Part shown: positions 8,385 through 16,575 of the stretch, piece by piece
How the letters are laid out: each line of letters starts with the position of its first letter
Position numbering within the stretch: position 1 is the first letter of the stretch
NCBI GenBank assembly: GCA_036677065.1
Contig: JAKFBS010000001.1
Location: 320,001 to 384,000 of the forward strand
From: Bdellovibrio sp.
GTDB taxonomy: Bacteria > Bdellovibrionota > Bdellovibrionia > Bdellovibrionales > Bdellovibrionaceae
DNA length: 64,000 nt
Direction of reading: 5' to 3'
The notes under the pieces: model-generated
Databases searched by the model: none
What the model was told of the DNA's origin: nothing
Seen by the model: only the letters and a program-made list of their open reading frames with translations
Translations under genes and position numbers: made by a program

Positions 8385-8908
8385 CGTCACCCTCCAACGA
8401 TATTTCAAAAGTATTATGGATTGATGATCCAATAAAAAATGGTTATCAGTCCGACGAACAATATCGTGAGCATATTCTTGAGCAATATAAACTTTACGTC
8501 GAAATGGCAGATCGGATAAGTAGTCGGCGCGATATCGCAAATACTTTTTTCTTAACTTTGAATGGTTTAATATTTGGGTCTTTTGGCGTATTAATTGAAA
8601 AAAGCTATGAGCTATCTCAAAAATGGGCTCTCATATTTCCATTAGCTGTTTTATTACTGCAATGTTTTTTTTGGAATAGACTTATCAACTCATTTAAACA
8701 ATTGAATGGTGTAAAATTTTATATAGTTGGGGAATTAGAAATGCGTTTACCAGCAAGTCCCTATAGAAAAGCTGAATGGGAAACACTCTTAAAGGAGGGT
8801 AAGGACCGAAAAGTTTATTGGCCTCTAACTCATGTGGAGTCCAAAATTCCGTTTATATTTGGCTTTTCATATTTAATCACTGTTATGGTGCTGTGGTTAT
8901 CCAAATAA
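8381..8908 (+). CDS. small integral membrane protein, putative pore-type effector
   Basis: EQYKLYVEMADRISSRR..AN.FFLTLN helix followed by 3 TM segments; TTG start overlaps the TIR stop. Confidence 0.75.
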   Translation: MTSPSNDISKVLWIDDPIKNGYQSDEQYREHILEQYKLYVEMADRISSRRDIANTFFLTLNGLIFGSFGVLIEKSYELSQKWALIFPLAVLLLQCFFWNRLINSFKQLNGVKFYIVGELEMRLPASPYRKAEWETLLKEGKDRKVYWPLTHVESKIPFIFGFSYLITVMVLWLSK

Positions 8909-9018
8909 GATGGTAGCTATGTTTCCCGTCGATGTAGTTGTTGGATTTCTTTTAACAAGTTTGTCGATTAATTCTAAAAAATCATGTGAAATAATAGAAA
9001 CTTGCTTCGGAGGCTTTA

Positions 9019-10170
9019 ATGTCAAAAAATATAGTTATTTGTTGTGATGGTACGGCTAACCAGTACGGTAAAAACAATACGAATGTTGTGAAGCTTTATG
9101 AAATGATTCAGATTAGTGAAAATCAACTCAATTTTTATGATCCAGGTGTAGGCACTTCATCAAGAGCATTGTTTCTTCCTTTTAGAAAGCTCAGCAATGC
9201 CCTTTCTCAAGGCCTGGGTTTAGATTTGAATAAAAACGTAGAAGAAGCTTATTTGTATTTAATGAATTGCTATGAAGAGGGCGATAAAATTTTCTTATTT
9301 GGATTTAGTCGTGGTGCCCATACAGTAAGACGCCTAGCTGATGTAATTGGTAAATGTGGTTTATTATATCGTGGCAGCGATAATATGGTTTCGTATGTTT
9401 TGCGAATGTATGAACGTGATGAATCTCAAGAAGTGGTAAATTTGTTTCGAGATACGTATACGAAGAAATGCCCAGTACATTTTCTTGGTGTCTGGGATAC
9501 TGTTTCTGCTTTGACAAAACTAATGCCTCGTTCGAAATTAGATGGAAAGTTAAGTAATGAAATTAAATATGCGTATCATGCTGTTTCGATTGATGAAAAA
9601 AGACTACAATTTCCACCTAATCTTTTTGATAAAAGCAGTATCAGTTCAAATCAAACAGTAGAAGAGGTTTGGTTTGCAGGAGTTCATTCTGATATTGGTG
9701 GATTTTATGAAGAGCGCGGGCTTTCAAATATTGCTCTTAAGTGGATGTTTGAAAAAGCCATCGCGGTTGGACTTGTTGAACATGCAGATACTAGCGCAAA
9801 AATTCAAACAGATGCTCATGATAAAATACATGAATCTTGGTCTGGATTTTTTTGGTTCGTACCATGGCATATGTACGGTGTACTTGCGCTAATAGCTTTA
9901 TTTATTTTTCAAGTTGTGATTTCGTATTTAGGACTTTTTTGGGAGCTGCCGTATCGGCCTCTTTACAGTATATGGAACTTTTTGAAAGATAACTGGATTC
10001 ATGTGTTAGCGATAATCGTGTTGTTAATTCCATGTACAAAAAAACGACGTACAATTCCAAAAGGTGCAAAAATTCACATAAGTGTTAAAGAACGCATCGC
10101 AAATAAAAACTATAAGCCTAAAAATTTAATAAAACTTATTCAATCTAAAGAAGTCGAGTTTGTTGATTAG
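9019..10170 (+). CDS. DUF2235 (Tle1-like) alpha/beta hydrolase with C-terminal TM hairpin
   Basis: CCDGT, YDPGVGT, GFSRG, GVWDTV, WFAGVHSDIGG. Confidence 0.9.
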   Translation: MSKNIVICCDGTANQYGKNNTNVVKLYEMIQISENQLNFYDPGVGTSSRALFLPFRKLSNALSQGLGLDLNKNVEEAYLYLMNCYEEGDKIFLFGFSRGAHTVRRLADVIGKCGLLYRGSDNMVSYVLRMYERDESQEVVNLFRDTYTKKCPVHFLGVWDTVSALTKLMPRSKLDGKLSNEIKYAYHAVSIDEKRLQFPPNLFDKSSISSNQTVEEVWFAGVHSDIGGFYEERGLSNIALKWMFEKAIAVGLVEHADTSAKIQTDAHDKIHESWSGFFWFVPWHMYGVLALIALFIFQVVISYLGLFWELPYRPLYSIWNFLKDNWIHVLAIIVLLIPCTKKRRTIPKGAKIHISVKERIANKNYKPKNLIKLIQSKEVEFVD

Positions 10171-10193
10171 GTCGGACCAATCAACAAATCGAC
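10153..10193. terminator. long imperfect hairpin between convergent genes
   Basis: GTCGAgTTTGTTGATTaGGTC / GACCAATCAACAAATCGAC. Confidence 0.45.
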
Positions 10194-10202
10194 CTGTGTT
10201 GA

Positions 10203-10714
10203 TTATTTTATAATTGCGGCTGCACGGGACTGCGAAAATAACCATTTGGCAGGAATTTTATGTTTATATTGTGAATTTGGGCGATCTCGAAGGATATCTT
10301 CTTGAAGTGAACAATGGCCCCTATTTGTGCACTGAGTTTTTAAGTGAGCAGCAATTTCTTTAGGGGTTGCTAAGTATGATCGGGGCGCAGCGCCGAGAGA
10401 GACGCTGATAAACTGAACAAATACAAAAATTACATCGCTACGTTGAGCTGCCAACCATTTATCAATAGCTTGATGGTAGCTAACTCCCTTGGTTTTATAT
10501 TTTACAGCCATCCACCCGCCGTCTTGGCTTCTTTAACAGATATTGGAACTTTTGAAGAGCCTTTAACTGCTACCAAATCGTAATCAGGTTGGTTTGCTCC
10601 GTATTGCACGAGTACATCGTATCCGCATTGAGCGAGTAAAGATGTGGCGTATGCTTCGGCCGCGATTTCACATTGTCTTGGAGTCATAGTAGGCATGAGA
10701 AATGTTAACTTCAT
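10203..10714 (-). pseudogene. frameshifted PD-(D/E)XK-type nuclease
   Basis: two overlapping ORFs join into ...YDLVAVK..ISVKGSQDGGWMAVKYK if one G is restored near 10531. Confidence 0.7.
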
Positions 10715-10791
10715 ATTTTATTGCACTCAAGGCAGTATTTTTCACAGTCTTGAATGACAAAAAAATTGAGCTAGATGGCGAGATAAATGTA

Positions 10792-10837
10792 ATCTCTTGC
10801 GGACCCGGGTTCAATTCCCGGCACCTCCACCAATTTT
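10792..10837 (+). repeat. attR direct repeat (duplicated tmRNA 3' end)
   Basis: identical to 437-482. Confidence 0.95.
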
Positions 10838-10843
10838 CTAGTT

Positions 10844-10886
10844 AGAACCCGAACGTCCACGTAGGATTTTCGGGTTTTTCTTTTTT
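10844..10886 (+). terminator. intrinsic terminator after attR
   Basis: AACCCGAA...TTCGGGTT followed by T-runs. Confidence 0.7.
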
Positions 10887-11392
10887 CAGACATAGCGATG
10901 CATTCTTTTCTCCTGCAATTCAGCCTTAAGATCGCAACTTGTCAGTCGAAGCATTAAGATTGAACTCGAAATGCATTTCGTGTCGTGGATATCACCTGGC
11001 AAATAAATCCGGCTCTGACCCGCCGTCATTCGGTACTTTTCACGTCGAACAATTTCGACGTTACCTTGCTGCTCGATGCGCCCATAGGTTCCCATTTCTA
11101 TTTCGCCTTGTTGAACAGCGTAGATGACCCATCCGTTTCCATGATCATGAGGATGTCGATACAGCCCTTCGTTTTCTGTGTGCGCTAAAAGAATGAATCC
11201 ATGTGCGGTATCTCGATACAGCTCGCGGCTTTCATCAAGATCTCCTTGCAGAGCTGCTAGCCACGGTTCAGAAATTGGTGCATGGACAAGATCTTCAAGC
11301 AGGGCCTGGGTTTTCATAACCAGCTTTGAATCCAATGGTCCCCATATTTTGCGAACCTCTTCGATGAATTTAGTTAACGAATCTTTTTTCAT
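10886..11392 (-). CDS. cupin / cysteine-dioxygenase-like protein
   Basis: HPHDHG...IYAV..GEIEM...PGDIH. Confidence 0.7.
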   Translation of the reverse strand: MKKDSLTKFIEEVRKIWGPLDSKLVMKTQALLEDLVHAPISEPWLAALQGDLDESRELYRDTAHGFILLAHTENEGLYRHPHDHGNGWVIYAVQQGEIEMGTYGRIEQQGNVEIVRREKYRMTAGQSRIYLPGDIHDTKCISSSILMLRLTSCDLKAELQEKRMHRYV

Positions 11393-12591
11393 AAGTTCTC
11401 CTTTTTTTGATGTTTGAGTTGATGGATCAGCAGAATGACGATCAAGAAAGCCGCAATCGAGAAAGTGATTTGTAATCCATCTGAGATGTTGTGCTCAGCT
11501 GCATCGGAGACTCGCCCCATTAAATAGGTGCCACCGATCAAGCCCAGGTTGCGCGAAAGATTTAATGCACCTGCTGCGATTCCGCGATGTTCAGTACGGG
11601 CGTTTTTCATGAAGCTGTTTGAATTAGCGGACAAAAAAAGTTGGTAGCCAAAGCTTAGAAGAACTGCAGAGATTACAAATCCTAAAGATCCAAACTGCTT
11701 CGGTAAGAAAATAAATGAGATAGTTCCAGCTAATGACTGCATAAATCCGAATTTAATAATGAAGCGGTAACCGAACCGATCGACGGCGTAACCAGCAACT
11801 ATTCCCGAAAGAATTGATGTGATAGGACCCGCCGACATAACAAGACCCATGTGACGAGGATCAAGGTGTAAAGCATGAGTCAGATAAAATGGGCCGATAA
11901 TCAAAGTTGAAACCATAATGGCCGATACGACCAAATTTGAAAACAGATGCACTCTAAACGAAGAGTCAGAGCAGAATGCTTTGGCCGTTTCGAAAAAGTT
12001 ATCCTGTTGGTTGTTATGACTTGAGCTTTCACCCAGCCGAACGAACTTGAAGATTAATAAAAGAGTAAAAATTCCAAGTGCAGTCATCACAGAGAAGATT
12101 GAACGCCAGCCAAACTCTGCGATAAGAAATCCGCTGATCAACGGCCCTGTTGCGGTTCCTACGGCCGACATTGTAGCAAGGAGTCCGATGGCCCGACCCA
12201 TTCTCTGGTAAGACAAAACATCTGTTGCGATGGCAATGGGAAGTACGGCAAGTGCTGCGGCACCGATTCCTTGTATTACTCGACTGAAGATCAAGGCTGA
12301 GAATGAAAATGAAAAACTGGAAATAAACGTTCCGACACTGAACATCGCCATTCCTAAAAGAAGAATATTACGTCGTCCGTTTAGATCTCCGAGCCTGCCG
12401 GCAACAAGACTAAATAACGTGATGGCCAATAGATAAGAAAGAACGATCCATCGTACGGTCGAAAAAGAAAGTGAGAATTCCTCCGCGATGGACGGCAATG
12501 CAAGATTAGCCATGCTTGTGCCAGCCGAGACCAGAAGGGTTGATAGGGCCAGAGTTCCTACCAACATGTTTTGTTTGAATCCTAATTCCAT
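11389..12591 (-). CDS. MFS efflux transporter
   Basis: ANLALPSI, GRLGDLNGRR motif A, ~12 TM; start placed at ATG 12591, downstream of the MerR promoter. Confidence 0.9.
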   Translation of the reverse strand: MELGFKQNMLVGTLALSTLLVSAGTSMANLALPSIAEEFSLSFSTVRWIVLSYLLAITLFSLVAGRLGDLNGRRNILLLGMAMFSVGTFISSFSFSFSALIFSRVIQGIGAAALAVLPIAIATDVLSYQRMGRAIGLLATMSAVGTATGPLISGFLIAEFGWRSIFSVMTALGIFTLLLIFKFVRLGESSSHNNQQDNFFETAKAFCSDSSFRVHLFSNLVVSAIMVSTLIIGPFYLTHALHLDPRHMGLVMSAGPITSILSGIVAGYAVDRFGYRFIIKFGFMQSLAGTISFIFLPKQFGSLGFVISAVLLSFGYQLFLSANSNSFMKNARTEHRGIAAGALNLSRNLGLIGGTYLMGRVSDAAEHNISDGLQITFSIAAFLIVILLIHQLKHQKKENL

Positions 12592-12597
12592 GAGACC

Positions 12598-12628
12598 AGT
12601 GTGCAACCTCAAGTGAACTTGAGTTCAA
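12598..12628 (-). promoter_or_regulatory. MerR-type promoter with dyad operator
   Basis: minus strand TTGAAC, 19 bp spacer, CACACT, with CTCAAGT-N2-ACTTGAG dyad (12608-12623). Confidence 0.8.
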
Positions 12629-12713
12629 GTCTATTCTGGCAAAAATAGATTATTTATTGGCTTTTATAGGTATTTGCCTTAGTCTGAGACCTAAAGTTCA
12701 GTTGAGGTTAGAC

Positions 12714-13139
12714 ATGAAATCGAATTCTATAAACAAAACGCTCGACATTGGTGACGTAGTTCAGTTGTCAGGGGTGCCCCCTTCGACACTTCGCTTTTAT
12801 GAAGAGAAGGGCTTAATCCGGTCAACGGGCCGTCATGGGCTAAGAAGGCTTTTCAACGCTCATGTCTTACAACAACTGGAGTTCATTGCGCTGGGAAAAC
12901 ACGCTGGTCTGTCTTTAGAAGACATTGCCTCGATGTTTACGACCGAAGGCGAACTTCAGGTCAGCAGAAAGTTTCTTTTCGAGAAGGCCAATGAAATGGA
13001 AAAGAGCATTCGTAAGCTGACTGCAGTTCGTAGCACTCTTTTGCATGTAGCAAAGTGTTCTGCACCCAATCATATGGAATGTCCTAAGTTTCAACGCTTA
13101 CTACGAGTCGCCGGTAAAAAGAAACATTCTCGCAGGTAG
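12714..13139 (+). CDS. MerR-family transcriptional regulator
   Basis: LDIGDV..SGV..STLRFYEEKGLI; C-terminal CSAPNHMECP. Confidence 0.9.
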   Translation: MKSNSINKTLDIGDVVQLSGVPPSTLRFYEEKGLIRSTGRHGLRRLFNAHVLQQLEFIALGKHAGLSLEDIASMFTTEGELQVSRKFLFEKANEMEKSIRKLTAVRSTLLHVAKCSAPNHMECPKFQRLLRVAGKKKHSRR

Positions 13140-13213
13140 GTTGAGAAAGATCCGCTCTAGGGGGTTCGACAATCGAGAACCCAGATATCCACGAGGCTTC
13201 CTGGGGTAGCATT

Positions 13214-13408
13214 TTATTTGTAAGACAGAGGACAAGTGTTGAATCCAAAGATTTTATAGAGCGGACAAAAGCCGGCCAATCCCGTTACAAGTGGGACAAG
13301 ACCCACTAACCCCCACATCGTTTGAGGCCCGACGAAGACAAGGCTTAGTAACCCTAGACCAACCACTGTTCGTAGAGTTCGATCCATTTTTCCTTCATTT
13401 GTTTTCAT
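13214..13408 (-). CDS. DUF2892 (YgaP-like) membrane protein
   Basis: N.G..DR.LR...G...TGL.GFCPLY...G.NTC. Confidence 0.85.
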   Translation of the reverse strand: MKTNEGKMDRTLRTVVGLGLLSLVFVGPQTMWGLVGLVPLVTGLAGFCPLYKIFGFNTCPLSYK

Positions 13409-13866
13409 AATGGCTCCTTTTTATTCGTTTCAAAATTTGCCGTACCGAAACCAATTTCGGTTCCGTTCAGAACAATTTTATATTCAATCGGAAGTGCTTT
13501 CGAAAGCATTGCGCTTACACCGCAGTACTTGGTTTGTGATAGAGTGACCGCCTCGATTAGCTTGTCGGCATCGATGGAGCCGTTGACGACAAATTTCAGC
13601 ACTGCTTTTTCAAAGACGATCGGGTGTCCTGCCGTTGAGGGCTGAACATCTATGTCGATCTGAAAACTTTCTGGCGGTTGTTTATATTTTTTCAAAAGGG
13701 CGATGACATCCATAGCAGTGCATCCGCCAAGCCCCATGGCAACAAGCTCTTTAGGCGTTGCTGCAGAATCTTTTCCAATAGGTGCTTTGGCATCCATACG
13801 CATAACGTGTGGGCCTGCGGTTCCTTCGAACTCCATAGCATCTTTCCAGATAACAGTTGTTTTCAT
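13405..13866 (-). CDS. OsmC-family protein
   Basis: PKEL...LGGCTAMDV and SQTKYCGVS. Confidence 0.9.
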   Translation of the reverse strand: MKTTVIWKDAMEFEGTAGPHVMRMDAKAPIGKDSAATPKELVAMGLGGCTAMDVIALLKKYKQPPESFQIDIDVQPSTAGHPIVFEKAVLKFVVNGSIDADKLIEAVTLSQTKYCGVSAMLSKALPIEYKIVLNGTEIGFGTANFETNKKEPL

Positions 13867-14054
13867 TTTTACTCCGATTGGGTTTTCTAACGCAAATTAC
13901 GCGCCACTGTGTGTTCTTGTGGGTGCGTTCTTGGTTTAGTTATTGAGTCAAGTTGTCACAAGCTTTGACATCGTGTCTCGCTGAACTTTTCTAGCTGACC
14001 GGAACCAAAAAAGAGAAATTTTTAAAACTTTGGAATCACCAATATGAAAAATGG

Positions 14055-14162
14055 GCAGAGAAAGTAGTAGAAGTTGCTGAGCTAGTTAAGCCTCGCCTAC
14101 GCTATCTTGTAGGCAAGGATGCAAAAATTCTTTTTTTGATAAGAGAATGCGTTCACAATTAA
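14055..14162 (+). pseudogene. fragment resembling an SDR oxidoreductase C-terminus
   Basis: AEKVVEVAELVKPRLRYLVGKDAK; no N-terminal domain upstream. Confidence 0.45.
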
Positions 14163-14165
14163 AGC

Positions 14166-14540
14166 TTAGCTGATACCCGAAGTAAGTATTTCACGTGGGC
14201 TAAGGGCTTCGACGGCTATGTTATGAATTGCTTCGCTAACGGTTGTGCAGGCATCTGCAACGATTGACACTTTGTACTTTTCAGCCTTCTTAGAAAGAGC
14301 GGTGTGAGTCACGCAGTTTTGAGTCATCATTCCACACAGCACAATGTGTTCGACACCGAGCTTATCTAAGACAGCTTCAAGTTCTGTTTTGTGAAATGAG
14401 TCGGCGTACTGTTTGTTGATCACAGGCGCACCCGGAGCAGCGTCGAGAATTTTTTGGTGTGTCATGGCGCCGCTGCTTGCAAGAGTGAAGAGTGGAGCAT
14501 CAGCACTAAGAACATGTTGAATAAGCCCACCGGGAATATT
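14166..14540 (-). pseudogene. 5'-truncated isochorismatase/cysteine hydrolase
   Basis: KQYADSF..T.L, CGMMTQNCV, DACTT; upstream frame gives VGLIQHV but the N-terminal DxQ motif is missing. Confidence 0.7.
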
Positions 14541-14677
14541 TTAGTATCTATTTCAGTGTCCAATAATGCCCATGACTAAGAACGTCGTATCTTTAAAATT
14601 GCTTCTTAGCGAATTCATCGCCATTTCGTAATGGTGTCAAGTTTGCAGAAAGACTTAGAATAAATGGAGGACTAGCT

Positions 14678-15169
14678 ATGTCGTCAAAAATTGGAAGCGG
14701 AATAAAAGCAGGTGTTTTTGCTGGGATTTTTTTTGGAGTGATGATGCAGGTGATGACGGCTCCGACGCCAGAGGGCACAACAGTTCCAATGATGGCGATG
14801 GTTGCTAAGATTGTGGGTTCTTCTAGCTTGGCTGTCGGGTGGATTTATCATCTTTTCAATAGTGCAGTTATCGGTGGGATTTTCGGATGGCTGTTAAGTC
14901 GGCCAAGTAGCATCACCTACTCTAAAGGCATCGCATGGGGCGCAGCCTACGGTGTTTTGTGGTGGGTCTTAGGTGGTCTAATCCTTATGCCAATGTTTCT
15001 CGGTATGTCGGCTTTTGCGCCACTTATGATGGAACCTATGCGGCCAGTCGCGTGGGGAAGTCTTATTGGACATTTGCTGTACGGCCTAATTCTTGGCGGA
15101 ATGTTCGTCTGGATGGAGCGCCCCGAGCGAAGTTATGCAGGACTAGATCAAAAAATCAGTCCGGTTTAA
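14678..15169 (+). CDS. Met/Gly-rich 4-TM membrane protein
   Basis: GGAGG RBS; GWIYHL..S and GHLLYG intramembrane His motifs. Confidence 0.8.
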   Translation: MSSKIGSGIKAGVFAGIFFGVMMQVMTAPTPEGTTVPMMAMVAKIVGSSSLAVGWIYHLFNSAVIGGIFGWLLSRPSSITYSKGIAWGAAYGVLWWVLGGLILMPMFLGMSAFAPLMMEPMRPVAWGSLIGHLLYGLILGGMFVWMERPERSYAGLDQKISPV

Positions 15170-15183
15170 TTTTTCACCGCGCT

Positions 15184-15211
15184 TCTTGAAGGTCTATTCA
15201 GGCCTTCAAGA
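15184..15211. terminator. hairpin between convergent genes
   Basis: TCTTGAAGGTCT-ATTC-AGGCCTTCAAGA. Confidence 0.6.
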
Positions 15212-15213
15212 CT

Positions 15214-16197
15214 TTAACGGCGATCAATTGTAATATAAACGAAAGTTTGATTCAGCAGCATGTAGGCAATTTCTCCGAAGGTCATAGCACTGACTATATC
15301 TCCAGATTTTTTTCCTTCAAGATTTGCATAAAGAAAATTAAGAATACAATTACACGCAAATAGGGGCGATTCGATTTTCTGATTTTTTAGAGCAGATTCA
15401 AATTCTTTCTCATAATTATCGAAAGGCTTTGCCAGTTTATAGGTAACACCGGGAAAAACCGGCGCGTAGAATCTGACTTTTTTAGTGCTAGGATCTACAT
15501 CTCGAAAGCTTACGTTAATCATCGCGCCCATATAGTCTGCAACCAGCGGCAATTTTAGATCAATCTTATTTTCTTCAATATAAGACGCTAACGATATTTG
15601 TTTTCCGTTTACAAAGGCTAAGTCGGTTTCAAATCCAGTGTTTTCAAAGGTAATTGAGTCGCCATTATTTTGTTCGAAAATATTAATTATATTTGCTGAA
15701 ACTGAAAATTCTTTAGATAACTGAGCGTGCATGACAAGCGCTCTATCTGAAATCAATTCTCCTGTTTTTCCATTCATAACTTTTGGAGTATCTGACGAAA
15801 TACTTAAGTCAGTTCCAGTAATCCAGCCAACCAAGGGTTGATTGAATACACCTGGCCAAGTTGAACACTCTTTCGCGAATTTTAGATGCACATCAGAAAA
15901 TGCAGGTATAACAATTAAACTAAAACCATTATCAAAATAATTTGATGGTATCTCAGGTAAAGTGCTTTCACTGTAAGAGACAATCGAGATTTTTTCAATT
16001 TGTTCAGGAAGCTGAGTTACAAGAATTTTTTCATGTGAAATTATTCCGCCGGCTTCTGTCATAAAATAGGGGATAGTTCCGCCTATCCAGTTTCCCTTAG
16101 GAAGTTGCGATAAACATTGTTCACTTCCTGCGATGTAAAGATTAGCTCCGCTTAGGATTAAAGTAGATACTTCAGCTAAAGATAACATTTTAGTCAT
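15214..16197 (-). CDS. DUF6976-like (FIST-like) sensory protein
   Basis: LPKGNWIGGTIPYFM, ADY.GAMINVSF, FYAPVF, CNCILN, TFGEIAY..LNQT; the FGE..NQT end resembles FIST_C. Confidence 0.7.
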   Translation of the reverse strand: MTKMLSLAEVSTLILSGANLYIAGSEQCLSQLPKGNWIGGTIPYFMTEAGGIISHEKILVTQLPEQIEKISIVSYSESTLPEIPSNYFDNGFSLIVIPAFSDVHLKFAKECSTWPGVFNQPLVGWITGTDLSISSDTPKVMNGKTGELISDRALVMHAQLSKEFSVSANIINIFEQNNGDSITFENTGFETDLAFVNGKQISLASYIEENKIDLKLPLVADYMGAMINVSFRDVDPSTKKVRFYAPVFPGVTYKLAKPFDNYEKEFESALKNQKIESPLFACNCILNFLYANLEGKKSGDIVSAMTFGEIAYMLLNQTFVYITIDRR

Positions 16198-16436
16198 AAT
16201 TCACCTTCAGTAGGCTTTCCAAATAGAAGAACTATGTCATTACATACAACATTAGAATTTTGCGAAAAAAAATCATGAGCAACTTTAATTGCTTCTTCAA
16301 TTTTTTGTGGAGTTTTATCTCTTGCTAAAATTCTTACTCGCATCATGAGCATTTTTGTAGGTAAAGCTTGAAAATTTAAAGCATCATCCCCAAGAACTAT
16401 TTGTTTCCAGCGAGGATCTGACTTTGGAGGCACCAT
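16194..16436 (-). CDS. small hypothetical protein coupled to the DUF6976-like gene
   Basis: 80 aa, GGAG RBS, 4-bp overlap with the next start. Confidence 0.75.
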   Translation of the reverse strand: MVPPKSDPRWKQIVLGDDALNFQALPTKMLMMRVRILARDKTPQKIEEAIKVAHDFFSQNSNVVCNDIVLLFGKPTEGEL

Positions 16437-16575
16437 TTTTTATCTCCGATCAACCAGTATGCATTTTCTGATCAAAATGAGACATTTTCAAAATTATTTT
16501 TCATTTAGAGCAAAAATCAAGACTAACGCCCTCTAAAACTATCTTAATTCGGTAGCAGGCTAACCGATATGATAT

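Larger units (their letters stand above)
437..10837. mobile_element. genomic island integrated at the tmRNA 3' end (composite, no intact integrase)
   Basis: exact 46-bp direct repeat at 437-482 and 10792-10837; AT-rich orphan/defence-like cargo; terminator-like hairpin follows the distal copy. Confidence 0.9.

Noticed and set aside
9019..10170. Type VI secretion effector locus
   Set aside because: No vgrG, PAAR, adaptor or immunity lipoprotein gene is nearby.
10792..10832. tRNA-like T-arm and CCA end
   Set aside because: It is only the duplicated 3' end of tmRNA (attR); there is no 5' half, so it is not a tRNA gene.
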